Below the pieces are notes generated by a model. The model searched no databases and was not told where the DNA came from. It saw only the letters and a program-made list of their open reading frames with translations. A stretch of DNA of 64,000 nt from Vulcanimicrobiota bacterium (GTDB lineage Bacteria; Vulcanimicrobiota; Vulcanimicrobiia; Vulcanimicrobiales; Vulcanimicrobiaceae), in NCBI GenBank assembly GCA_963795855.1, contig CAWCIZ010000002.1:608001-672000 (forward strand), written 5' to 3'. This document shows positions 39,676 to 49,706 of this stretch, piece by piece (the first letter of the stretch is position 1; each line of letters begins with the position of its first letter). A program made the translations under genes and the position numbers.

Positions 39676-40504
39676 TGCGCACCTCCGCACGGCTGCGAGC
39701 CGCTTCGATAAGCGCTCGTACGAGAATTCCCACCTTTGCCCGATTCGATACCGACGGGCGGGTCACTTCCGTCGCATACCCCAATCGTTCGATGGCGTCG
39801 CAAATCGCGGTGCCGCCCAGACGATACAGCGCGAGTTGCAGTCGAAGCGAGCCGGGAGTCATCGATTCGAGCATTCTGCCCGATGCAAGCAGCGAACGCG
39901 CGCGCGCGACCAGCGCTTTAACGGCACCGCGTGTGCCGCCCGCGGTGAGATCGTCTTCGAGCAAATAGGAGCGGCCGATCTTTCGATCGCGGCTCACGTC
40001 CTGAGCGTGATTCGCGAGTTGCAGTCCGATACAGACGTCGTCGGAAAGTTTTTCGGCGACGCTGCCGCGGATGCCGAAGAAACGCAGCACCACACGCCCG
40101 ACCGGCGCGGCGGAAAGCATGCAGTAGGCTTCCAGTTCGGGCCACGTACGATACGCGTGAACGCGCTGGTCCTGTTCGTTGGCCGCGATCAGATCGAGGA
40201 ACGGCTGCTTGTCCAAGCGGTGCTGCGCGATTGTTTGCGCGAGGGCCACCAGCACGGGATGGACGGGCGGCGCGCCCGCAAACAGTGCTTCGGTCTCTTC
40301 GCGCCAGCGCGCCAATCGCAAAAGCGCCGCCTCGGCGGATCCGCTTTCGTCTCCCAAATCGTCGGTCGTGCGGCAGAACCCGTAGAACCGCATTAAATCG
40401 ACGCGTATTGGTGCAGGAACGATCCTCGAGGCCACCGCGAAATTCTCATAGTGCCTGGTCGCCAGCATGCGGCAATAGGCGTCGGCGCTTTCAACTTCGG
40501 TCAC
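39659..40504 (-). CDS. hpnC: Hydroxysqualene synthase
   Basis: HYENFAVAS, RTTDDLGDE, ANEQDQ, SAAPVGRVVL, LQLANHAQDV. Confidence 0.92.
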   Translation of the reverse strand: MTEVESADAYCRMLATRHYENFAVASRIVPAPIRVDLMRFYGFCRTTDDLGDESGSAEAALLRLARWREETEALFAGAPPVHPVLVALAQTIAQHRLDKQPFLDLIAANEQDQRVHAYRTWPELEAYCMLSAAPVGRVVLRFFGIRGSVAEKLSDDVCIGLQLANHAQDVSRDRKIGRSYLLEDDLTAGGTRGAVKALVARARSLLASGRMLESMTPGSLRLQLALYRLGGTAICDAIERLGYATEVTRPSVSNRAKVGILVRALIEAARSRAEVRNAETA

Positions 40505-41543
40505 GGACTATGCGTTTCGTGGAGCGAAGCCGCGAGAGACTGGACTCTCCGAGTGCGAACATCGCTATTCGCAAGACTTCGATGAATTCGCGCGCGAGTT
40601 GCGACGCCGCTTCGTACCCGGCTGCCGCCGCGCGCAAGAACGGTCCTGCGACGCCGACGATGTCGGCACCCAATGCAAGCGCTTTGACGGCGTCGATTCC
40701 GGTGCGAATGCCGCCGCTCGCGATGAGCAAGCCGTACGGTCCCATGCCGACTGCACCGCGCAGACATTCCGCCGTCGGTATTCCCCATCCCCCAAAGGAC
40801 GCTGCGATGTTCGCGCGCCACGGCTCCGCGATGCGATGGCGCTCGACTTCGCTCCAGGACGTTCCACCGGCGCCTGCGAGGTCGACAGCCGCTACGCCCG
40901 CTTCGAAGAGCGCGTGCACTTCATCGGGTGCGATGCCCCAGCCGACTTCTTTCACGACGACGGGTGCGTCGAGTTTCGAGCAAACCGCCGCAATCTTGTC
41001 AATCAGTCCGCGAAAGCACGTGTCGCCTTCGGGCTGCACCGCCTCCTGCAGCGCGTTCAAGTGCAGCACCAGCGCATCGGCATGCAGCATGTCGACGAGC
41101 CTCCGGCAGTGCTCGATGCCGTACCCCTTGTTCAATTGTACCGCGCCCAAGTTTGCCAGAAGCGCGACGTCGGGAGCGAGAGAACGCACGTCGAACGTGT
41201 CGAGCAGCTGCGGATCTTCGAGCAGCGCGCGTGCCGAGCCCAGACCCATGGCCAAACGATGCTCCTGCGCGGCTTGCGCGATCGCGCGATTTATCGCTCG
41301 CGCTTCCGGCGTTCCGCCCGTCATGCACGAAATCAGCAACGGCGCGCGCAGCGAACGTCCGAACAACGTGCACGACGTGTCTACGTCGTCGAGATCGATT
41401 TCAGGCAGCGCGCAATTGATCAGGCGGTACTCGTCGAAGCCGCTTTCGACCCCTTTGCCGGCTACGTCGCGTTCGAGATTGATGCGAAGGTGATCGGCTT
41501 TACGCGAAGTCGTGCCGCTATCGCGATCGAGTTGCGACGTAAT
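40491..41543 (-). CDS. fni: Type II isopentenyl-diphosphate isomerase (FMN); probable ATT start
   Basis: SRKADHL N-terminal motif upstream of the first canonical start; MTGG, ANLGAVQL, HLNALQEAVQPEGD, KEVGWG, GAGGTSW. Confidence 0.95.
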   Translation of the reverse strand: MTSQLDRDSGTTSRKADHLRINLERDVAGKGVESGFDEYRLINCALPEIDLDDVDTSCTLFGRSLRAPLLISCMTGGTPEARAINRAIAQAAQEHRLAMGLGSARALLEDPQLLDTFDVRSLAPDVALLANLGAVQLNKGYGIEHCRRLVDMLHADALVLHLNALQEAVQPEGDTCFRGLIDKIAAVCSKLDAPVVVKEVGWGIAPDEVHALFEAGVAAVDLAGAGGTSWSEVERHRIAEPWRANIAASFGGWGIPTAECLRGAVGMGPYGLLIASGGIRTGIDAVKALALGADIVGVAGPFLRAAAAGYEAASQLAREFIEVLRIAMFALGESSLSRLRSTKRIVRDRS

Positions 41544-42576
41544 AGGCCACCTCTTCGAAGGCTTCGCGCGCTTCTGCTCCGATACCGCTGCGTTCCACGA
41601 CGCTTACCGCCTTCGCGGCATACCGTTCGGCCGTCACACGCGTAAGCTCATCGCAGCCCACTTCATCCAGCAGAGCGCGCAGTTTCGGTTCCGGATCCTC
41701 CTGCCGCGCGCGGAAGATTTCGCGAAGCCGCCGCCGCTGCAGCGTCGACATGACGCCCAGTCCCGCAACGACCGGATACGTCATTTTGAACCGGCCCGCG
41801 TCCCCGCTGCTCGATTTTCCCGTGATCGAGGGATTGCCGTACATTCCGAGCCAGTCGTCGCGGATTTGGAATGCCGTGCCGAGCAAACGGCCCGCGCGGC
41901 GAAAAAGCGCGGCCGATGCTTCGTCTGCACCGGCAAGCACCGCGCCGGACTCGACGCTGGCGCCGAGAAGTGCTCCCGTTTTGGCGGCGACCATGCGCAG
42001 GTACGCGCGCAGCGTCGTGTCGATCTGCCCTTCCAGTTCAAGATCCAGGCATTGCCCTTCGATGACGATCAAACCGGCCGACGCAATCGCCGCAACGGCG
42101 CGCAGCGCACGCTCCGAATGCTTCGCGCCTTGCGCTACGGAGTAAAACGCGAGCGTCTGCATCGCATCGCCCGCGTTGATGGCTTGCGGGATTCCCCAAA
42201 GCGACCACACGGTTTCGCGCCCGTGACGCTTGCGATCGCCGTCCTGTATGTCGTCGTGCACGAGCGTGAAATTATGGAACCATTCGATCGCCGCAGCCGC
42301 CGGAAGCGCTTCCACCGCCTCGGATCCGAGCGCGGAGCAGGCCCACAAGCACAAGCTCGGGCGAACCAGTTTGCCGGTTTTGACCGTAGTCGGGCGGCCG
42401 GCTTCGTCGGCCCAGCCCATGTGATAAGCCACCATCTTTCCCGAAAGCCGGGAAAACGGCAGCGTGCGCCCGCGCATGTATTCGGCGATGAGGGAACGAT
42501 GGCGGCTGAGCAGCAGCGGCTCGACGTCCGCGTTGCCCGCCGCAGCATGCGCTCTCGGCTCGGGATGTGCCTGTAT
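41518..42576 (-). CDS. Polyprenyl (FPP/GGPP) diphosphate synthase; probable ATA start
   Basis: GKLVRP, HDDIQDGD..RHGR, GQCLD, KTGAL, FQIRDD.L. Confidence 0.92.
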   Translation of the reverse strand: MQAHPEPRAHAAAGNADVEPLLLSRHRSLIAEYMRGRTLPFSRLSGKMVAYHMGWADEAGRPTTVKTGKLVRPSLCLWACSALGSEAVEALPAAAAIEWFHNFTLVHDDIQDGDRKRHGRETVWSLWGIPQAINAGDAMQTLAFYSVAQGAKHSERALRAVAAIASAGLIVIEGQCLDLELEGQIDTTLRAYLRMVAAKTGALLGASVESGAVLAGADEASAALFRRAGRLLGTAFQIRDDWLGMYGNPSITGKSSSGDAGRFKMTYPVVAGLGVMSTLQRRRLREIFRARQEDPEPKLRALLDEVGCDELTRVTAERYAAKAVSVVERSGIGAEAREAFEEVAYYVATRSR

Positions 42577-42741
42577 ATCCGGACTCCTCTATGGACGTCG
42601 GCTACTCGTAGTTCACTTTCCCACCCGGTTGCTTCACTACACGAAGCCGCCGAGACCAAAACGCTTGGCCGCCGGAGCGCGTCCGGCCTGCGAGCCGTGA
42701 CCGAGGCCCGCGCAACCGCCGTGACGCATTAGTGCGCCAGC

Positions 42742-43602
42742 ATGCGCGAGCTCATCGTAACCGCCGACGATTTCGGTTTGGCCCTGCCCGTGAATGAGGC
42801 CGTCGAGCGCGGACATCGCGACGGCATTTTGTCCTCGGCGAGTCTAATGGTTGCGGCGCCGGCAACCGACGAGGCCGTAGAGCGCGCGCGGCGTCTGCCC
42901 AGCTTGCGCGTCGGCTTGCACGTGGTTCTGGTGAACGGACGCCCGGCGCTGCCGCCGGAGCGCGTGCCCGCACTGGTCGACGCCGAAGGCAAGTTCGAAA
43001 CGAATCTCTTTCGAGCCGGCGTGCGGTACTTTCTCACTCCGGGCATTCGCAAACAGCTCGAAGCGGAGATTCGCGCGCAATTCGCCGCGTTCGCGGCAAC
43101 CGGGTTGCCGCTCGATCACGTCAACGCGCAGAATCACTTTCACGTGCACCCGACCGTGCTCTCGCTGATCGTGAAAGTAGGCCGCGACTACGGAGCGCGG
43201 GCGATTCGCATTCCGCGGGAACCGTTCTGGCCGTCGTGGCGCGCGATGCAAAGCGATGCACCTGCGCGTTTTGCGAACGCCGCGTTTCTGCTCCCCTGGC
43301 TGCGTCTGATGCGCGCGCGCCTGCGGCGCGCCGGAATCGCGAGCAACGATTACGTCTTCGGGATGAACGACACGGGACGCATGACGCCCGAACGCGTGCG
43401 CAAATTTCTCGCGCAGCTCCCGCCGGGCGTGTCCGAATTGTACGTGCATCCCGCGACGCAGCTCTGGCCCGGCGCGTTTCCGCCGACGTACGATTTCGCG
43501 GGCGAGTTTGCGTCGCTCGTCGATCCTCAGGTGATGTCGCAACTGCGGCGCTCGGACGTGCGCGCTACGAGCTTCACCGAATTGGCGGCGCATGCCCGGT
43601 AA
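42742..43602 (+). CDS. hpnK: Hopanoid-associated YdjC-family deacetylase
   Basis: LIVTADDFG, VNEAVE, GLHVVL, DHVNAQNHFHVHP, ELYVHP. Confidence 0.9.
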   Translation: MRELIVTADDFGLALPVNEAVERGHRDGILSSASLMVAAPATDEAVERARRLPSLRVGLHVVLVNGRPALPPERVPALVDAEGKFETNLFRAGVRYFLTPGIRKQLEAEIRAQFAAFAATGLPLDHVNAQNHFHVHPTVLSLIVKVGRDYGARAIRIPREPFWPSWRAMQSDAPARFANAAFLLPWLRLMRARLRRAGIASNDYVFGMNDTGRMTPERVRKFLAQLPPGVSELYVHPATQLWPGAFPPTYDFAGEFASLVDPQVMSQLRRSDVRATSFTELAAHAR

Positions 43603-44761
43603 CGCGTTGAAGGCTCTCTCGTTCGCCGCTGCTGCCGGCACGTTCGCGGGGCTCGCGTACACCGCATTGGCTCTCGCGCGCGTCCGCGGCTTTCGCAATC
43701 TGCAGCGCAAACGGCGCGGCAGCTTGCCGACACCGCTCACGATGCTCAAACCGCTGTGCGGGCTGGAACCGAATCTCTTCGAAAACCTCTGCTCGTTTTG
43801 CGATCAGGAGTACGGGCCGTATCAAGTCGTCTTCGGCGCGGCCGACCACGCCGATCCCGCGCTGGAGATCGCGCGCGCGGTTGCCGCGCGGTTTCCCGAT
43901 CGCGACATTGAAATTCTCAGTGGCAATGCGCAGCCGGCCGGCAATCCGAAGATCGGAAATCTGCTCGGCATGATCGGACGCGCGCGCAACCCGATTATCG
44001 TCATCGCGGACAGCGATATTTGCGTGGGGCGCGATTACGCGCAAGCGGTCGCGAGTTGCTTCGACGACCCGCATACGGGGGCAGCGACGTGCGCGTACGG
44101 CGGCACGCCGCGTGCTTCGTTCGCCTCGCGTCTGGGCGCACTGCACGTGAACGATCACTTCTCTCCGTCGGTGCTCGTCGCGGCGGCGCTGGAACCGCTT
44201 ACGTATTGTTTGGGCGCGACGATGGCCGTACGCGCCGGCGTGCTGAACGAAATCGGCGGCCTTGCGGCTTTGGCCGACTGTTTGGCCGACGACTACGTCC
44301 TGGGCAAACTGGTTGCGGATCGCGGATATCGCGTAGCGCTGGTGCCGTACGCGGTGCAAACGAGCGTCTCCGACGATTCCCTGAGCGCGTTGTGGCGGCA
44401 CGAATTGCGGTGGGCGCGCGCGATTCGCGGACAGCGGCCCGCCGGTTATGCCGGGTCGATCGTGACGTACGTTCTGCCGTTTGCGGCGACGTTCGCCTTG
44501 ACGTCGCGCACCGCGCTTTCGAGCGTCGCACTCGTGCTCGCGGCGACGCTTCGGGTGTTGCTGCACCTCGAGGCGCGTGAGGCGTTTGCTCCGCGAACCC
44601 CGGCGGCGCCGTGGCTCATTCCGCTGCGGGAAGCGTTCGGGGTAGCGGTGTGGGCCGGGAGCTTCTGCGGCACTCGCGTAGAGTGGAAAAATGACCGGTA
44701 TCACTTGACCGCGGGCGGTCGTATGGCAAGGGCCCAAGGGAAATGTAACGATTGCGTATAG
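43592..44761 (+). CDS. hpnI: Bacteriohopanetetrol glycosyltransferase (GT2)
   Basis: LKPLCGLEP.L.ENL.SF, NPKIGNL, DSDI, LADDY.LG, ELRWAR. Confidence 0.88.
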   Translation: MPGNALKALSFAAAAGTFAGLAYTALALARVRGFRNLQRKRRGSLPTPLTMLKPLCGLEPNLFENLCSFCDQEYGPYQVVFGAADHADPALEIARAVAARFPDRDIEILSGNAQPAGNPKIGNLLGMIGRARNPIIVIADSDICVGRDYAQAVASCFDDPHTGAATCAYGGTPRASFASRLGALHVNDHFSPSVLVAAALEPLTYCLGATMAVRAGVLNEIGGLAALADCLADDYVLGKLVADRGYRVALVPYAVQTSVSDDSLSALWRHELRWARAIRGQRPAGYAGSIVTYVLPFAATFALTSRTALSSVALVLAATLRVLLHLEAREAFAPRTPAAPWLIPLREAFGVAVWAGSFCGTRVEWKNDRYHLTAGGRMARAQGKCNDCV

Positions 44762-44850
44762 GCTTAGGGCGAAGGACCCAACGTCTGCGCAAGTCGTGCC
44801 GTCGGATTGTCGATATGAAACGTTGAATGGACGACATCAAAGGACGGAAC

Positions 44851-45015
44851 ATGAACGAACGCACGCTCGTAGCTCTCGATACCGACGACTCGTTTTTCAA
44901 CGACTGGGTGCTGGATTTGTACAGCTTGGAGCGCTGCGCGTCCGATCGCTGGAACGACAAGATTTGGGCCGGCGTGCAGCCGACCTACGCGAGCATCTTG
45001 ATTCGCGAAAACTAG
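44851..45015 (+). CDS. Small hypothetical protein
   Basis: AAAGGA RBS, 54-aa ORF, followed by a terminator. Confidence 0.55.
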   Translation: MNERTLVALDTDDSFFNDWVLDLYSLERCASDRWNDKIWAGVQPTYASILIREN

Positions 45016-45036
45016 CGAACCGCGAGTTGCCTTAAA

Positions 45037-45069
45037 GAAAAAACGGCGCGAAGCACGCGCCGTTTTTTC
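45037..45069. terminator. Bidirectional intrinsic terminator
   Basis: GAAAAAACGGCGCG-aagca-CGCGCCGTTTTTTC between convergent genes. Confidence 0.88.
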
Positions 45070-45084
45070 GTACCGGAGACTGCG

Positions 45085-46515
<1,431 letters not shown>

Positions 46516-46599
46516 GGCCCCGTTATCTTCGCCCGGGACGCGGTTTTCTGCCTGGATAAACGTCTGAACCGCCCGAAAAAGACGGCGGCGCCTGCCCGC

Positions 46600-47142
46600 T
46601 TACCGCCCTTTGAAAGCCGCCCGCCCGCTCGTTACACCGAGTTCTCGCGTCTCGAGCACCTCGAACACCGTCAGCGGAAAGCGCGGGTCGTAGTCGCGTT
46701 TGCTGCAGCGGCCGCAACTCATCGCCGCAGCCGGCAGGCGTTTGCGCAGCAGTTCCAGCGTGCATTTCTCGCAGCGCAGAATGTAGCGCTTGACGCTTTC
46801 GTTGTACGGCCGCACGCTGCCGAGATCGTGATAGATCGAGGTCATACCGCAGTCGCGCATCTTGCGCCGGAAATCGGTGCCGTGCCCCGTGTCGCCGTTG
46901 CGGTCGTACAGCCACGCGTGAATCATTTCGTGCAGAAGCGTTTCGCGCAGCGCTTCCCGGTTTGCGCGAAAGTGCTTGGGCGACAATTCGATGAGCAGCG
47001 GACGCTCGCTGTAGGTTATACGCCCGGCGGAATTCGAAAACCGCGCATTGTAGCGAATGCGGCACACCGGGACTTCCCCGTTGAAGTGGTAGTTGTTGAG
47101 TTCGGCAAAGAGCAGCTGGAGATCGGTTTCCGAAGGCAGCAC
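46600..47142 (-). CDS. SprT-like zinc metalloprotease
   Basis: TLLHEMIH, HGTDF, C-terminal CEKC/CGRC zinc ribbon. Confidence 0.88.
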   Translation of the reverse strand: MLPSETDLQLLFAELNNYHFNGEVPVCRIRYNARFSNSAGRITYSERPLLIELSPKHFRANREALRETLLHEMIHAWLYDRNGDTGHGTDFRRKMRDCGMTSIYHDLGSVRPYNESVKRYILRCEKCTLELLRKRLPAAAMSCGRCSKRDYDPRFPLTVFEVLETRELGVTSGRAAFKGR

Positions 47143-47177
47143 GAAGAGTTTGTTCGGCGCGCGTCCAAACGATTCTT

Positions 47178-47607
47178 GTGGCTCGGACTACGCAGCGCGG
47201 CTTACCGCCGCGCGTTTACATTCCCGTGATGGTCGTCGTCGCCGCCGCCTTCTTGGCGGCGATGGGATATCTTCTGCACACGGCCTTTTCCACGGGAGGG
47301 TCGGTGTTCGGAGCGGCGACGGGCTCGGGCAACCGAGCCGCGACCGCGACGGCGGCGCCCCCCGCGGTAAACGTCGAAGGCGGCGGACCGCCGGCGGCCG
47401 TACGCACGCAGGCTCGCGGATCTGCGCGCGCGCATCGCGCGCAACCCGAAAGACGACGTCGCCCTCACGCAGCTCGGCGACATGTATTTGGCGGTAGGAA
47501 AATACGAGGACGCCATGCCGTTTTACAAACGCGCGCTCGCAGTCAATCCGGGCAACGTCGCAGCAAAAGAAGGCTTGAGTGAAGCGGAAAGCGAGAGCAA
47601 ACAGTAG
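47178..47607 (+). CDS. Membrane-anchored TPR protein (frameshift near 47415)
   Basis: N-terminal TM; in a second frame NPKDDVALTQLGDMYLAVGKYEDAMPFYKRALAVNP; TAGTG coupling to the next gene. Confidence 0.75.
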
Positions 47608-48441
47608 TGCGACTCTACATATCGTGTGACATGGAAGGCACAGCAGGCGTCTGCAGTCTGGATGCAGTGCGATCCTTCCAACCGGCACGAATATCCGATC
47701 TATCGCCGCTACATGTCGCAAGAGGTACGCGCGGCAATCGACGGCGCGCGCGATGCCGGAGCCGCCGACGTGCTCGTCAACGATTCGCACTGGGACATGC
47801 GCAATCTGCTATGGGACGAACTGCCGCCCGACGTTCGCGTCGTTTCCGGCGGACGTAAGCCGTTTTCCATGGCCGAACGGCTCGGCCCCGGGTTCGACGG
47901 CGCGTTTTTTACCGGGTATCACGCGCGTGTCGGCGCCGCCAATGGTGTGCTCGCACATACGTACACCGCAGACAGTCTCTACAACGTGCGGATGAACGGC
48001 GAACTTTGCAGTGAGGCGTTGCTCAATGCGGCCATGGCGGGACAGTATGGCATCCCGCTTCTTCTCGTCAGCGGCGATCGCGTGGTCGTCGATCACGTCA
48101 AAGCGTATATGCCGTGGGTCGAAGGCGTCGTCGTCAAGGAAGGCATCGGTCACTATGCGGCCGATTCGCTGACGCCGGCAGCTGCGCGATCCGCGCTGCG
48201 CGAAGGCGCGGCGCGGGCCGTCCGCAATGCAAAAAATGCCAAGCCTTTCGTCTTCGATCCGCCGATTACGATGGAAATCGAGACCACGCGCGTCGAGCAG
48301 GCGGACTTCATCGAACTGATGCCCGGCTTCGAACGCACCGACGGCCGGACCGTACGCTTCACGCACAGCGACTATCGGCAAGTTTTCCGCGCATTCGTCT
48401 GCGCATTCCGGCTGGGCGGGGCTGCGAGTGCCGTCGCCTAA
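47607..48441 (+). CDS. M55 D-aminopeptidase (DppA-like), copy 1 (frameshift near 47660)
   Basis: LYISCDMEG, VNDSH, GYHA, HTYT, SGD. Confidence 0.9.
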
Positions 48442-48493
48442 CCCGGCGCGCCCTCGGGGAATGCACGCGCTTGGAGCGGAGCGCCTTTAAAAA

Positions 48494-49330
48494 ATGAACC
48501 TCTATATTTCGTGCGACATGGAAGGCACCGCCGGCGTCTGCAGCTGGGAGCAGGTCGACGCGCGCAACTACAAGCCCGATTATTTCATCTACCGCAAGTA
48601 CATGACGGCGGAAGTCTGCGCCGCAATCGCGGGCGCGCGCGATGCCGGTGCGAGCGGCATACTCGTCAACGACTCGCACGGCCCGATGCGCAATCTGCTT
48701 CTCGACGACTTACCGGAAGACGTTCGCGTCGTTTTCGGAAACCGCAAGCCGTTTTCTATGGTGCAGAACGTCGACGGCGGATTCGGCGGCGTCTTCTTCA
48801 CCGGCTATCACGGCGGAATCGGCGAGGCGAATGCGACGCTGTGCCACACGTATACGCCGTCCGTCGTTTACGAGGTGCGCATGAACGGGATCCGCTGCAG
48901 CGAAGCGACGCTCAACGCTGCGTTTGCCGGTCACTTCGGCGTTCCCGTGCTGCTGATCAGCGGCGATCGCGTCACGGTGGAAACCGCGAAAGAGCAGATG
49001 CCGTGGATAGCGGGCGTGATTGTGAAAGAAAGCATTGGCAACTACGCTGCCGATTCGATTTCGCCGCAAGCCGCCGCACTCGCGATTCGCGCCGCAGCGG
49101 CGGATGCGGTCAAAAACGCATCACGCGCCAAGCCCTACCGTTTCGAGCCGCCGGTAACGATGGAGATCGATCTCGCGCGGGTCGAGCAGGCCGACTACGT
49201 CGCGCTCATTCCGGGGTTCGAGCGCAGCGGCCCGCGGCAGGTGCGGTTTACGCACGGCGACTACCCGACCGTTTTTCGAGCGTTCGTCGCCGCGTTTCGG
49301 TTAGGAGCGGTCGCGGACCAGCCCGCCTAA
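48494..49330 (+). CDS. M55 D-aminopeptidase (DppA-like), copy 2
   Basis: LYISCDMEG, VNDSHGPMRN, GYHG, HTYT. Confidence 0.92.
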   Translation: MNLYISCDMEGTAGVCSWEQVDARNYKPDYFIYRKYMTAEVCAAIAGARDAGASGILVNDSHGPMRNLLLDDLPEDVRVVFGNRKPFSMVQNVDGGFGGVFFTGYHGGIGEANATLCHTYTPSVVYEVRMNGIRCSEATLNAAFAGHFGVPVLLISGDRVTVETAKEQMPWIAGVIVKESIGNYAADSISPQAAALAIRAAAADAVKNASRAKPYRFEPPVTMEIDLARVEQADYVALIPGFERSGPRQVRFTHGDYPTVFRAFVAAFRLGAVADQPA

Positions 49331-49346
49331 TTCGCGCCGAGCGCTT

Positions 49347-49700
49347 TCAAGACGCGCGTTTTTCACGCGTCGCCATCGCGCCGCCGACGAATGCGCCCGC
49401 GCCCGCGAGCAACGCCGCCGCGTACGGATACCACGGCGGAATGCCCGGAACCGGCGGCCGCTTCGAAAACGCGGCGGCAAGCATCGTGACGCAAATCACG
49501 ACGACGCCCAGCACCGCCGCATGCAGAACGGGCCGCACGACGGCGATGCGCGCGGTAATCACTCCGGCGATGACGCCTGAAACGAACGTGACGAATTCCC
49601 CGCCGACGATCCCGCGAAAGATCAGGGCGCCGATCAGCTCGACGGCAAGCAGCGAGAGATATCCCAGCAAAACCGCCAGGACGGTACGACCGGGTTTCAA
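49347..49700 (-). CDS. Small membrane protein, about 4 TM segments
   Basis: Hydrophobic 117-aa ORF immediately after the synthase gene. Confidence 0.7.
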   Translation of the reverse strand: MKPGRTVLAVLLGYLSLLAVELIGALIFRGIVGGEFVTFVSGVIAGVITARIAVVRPVLHAAVLGVVVICVTMLAAAFSKRPPVPGIPPWYPYAAALLAGAGAFVGGAMATREKRAS

Positions 49701-49706
49701 CCGAGG

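Noticed and set aside
42592..42741. Riboswitch in the divergent hopanoid promoter region
   Set aside because: Only short words (TTCACT twice, GGGAAA); no recognisable aptamer
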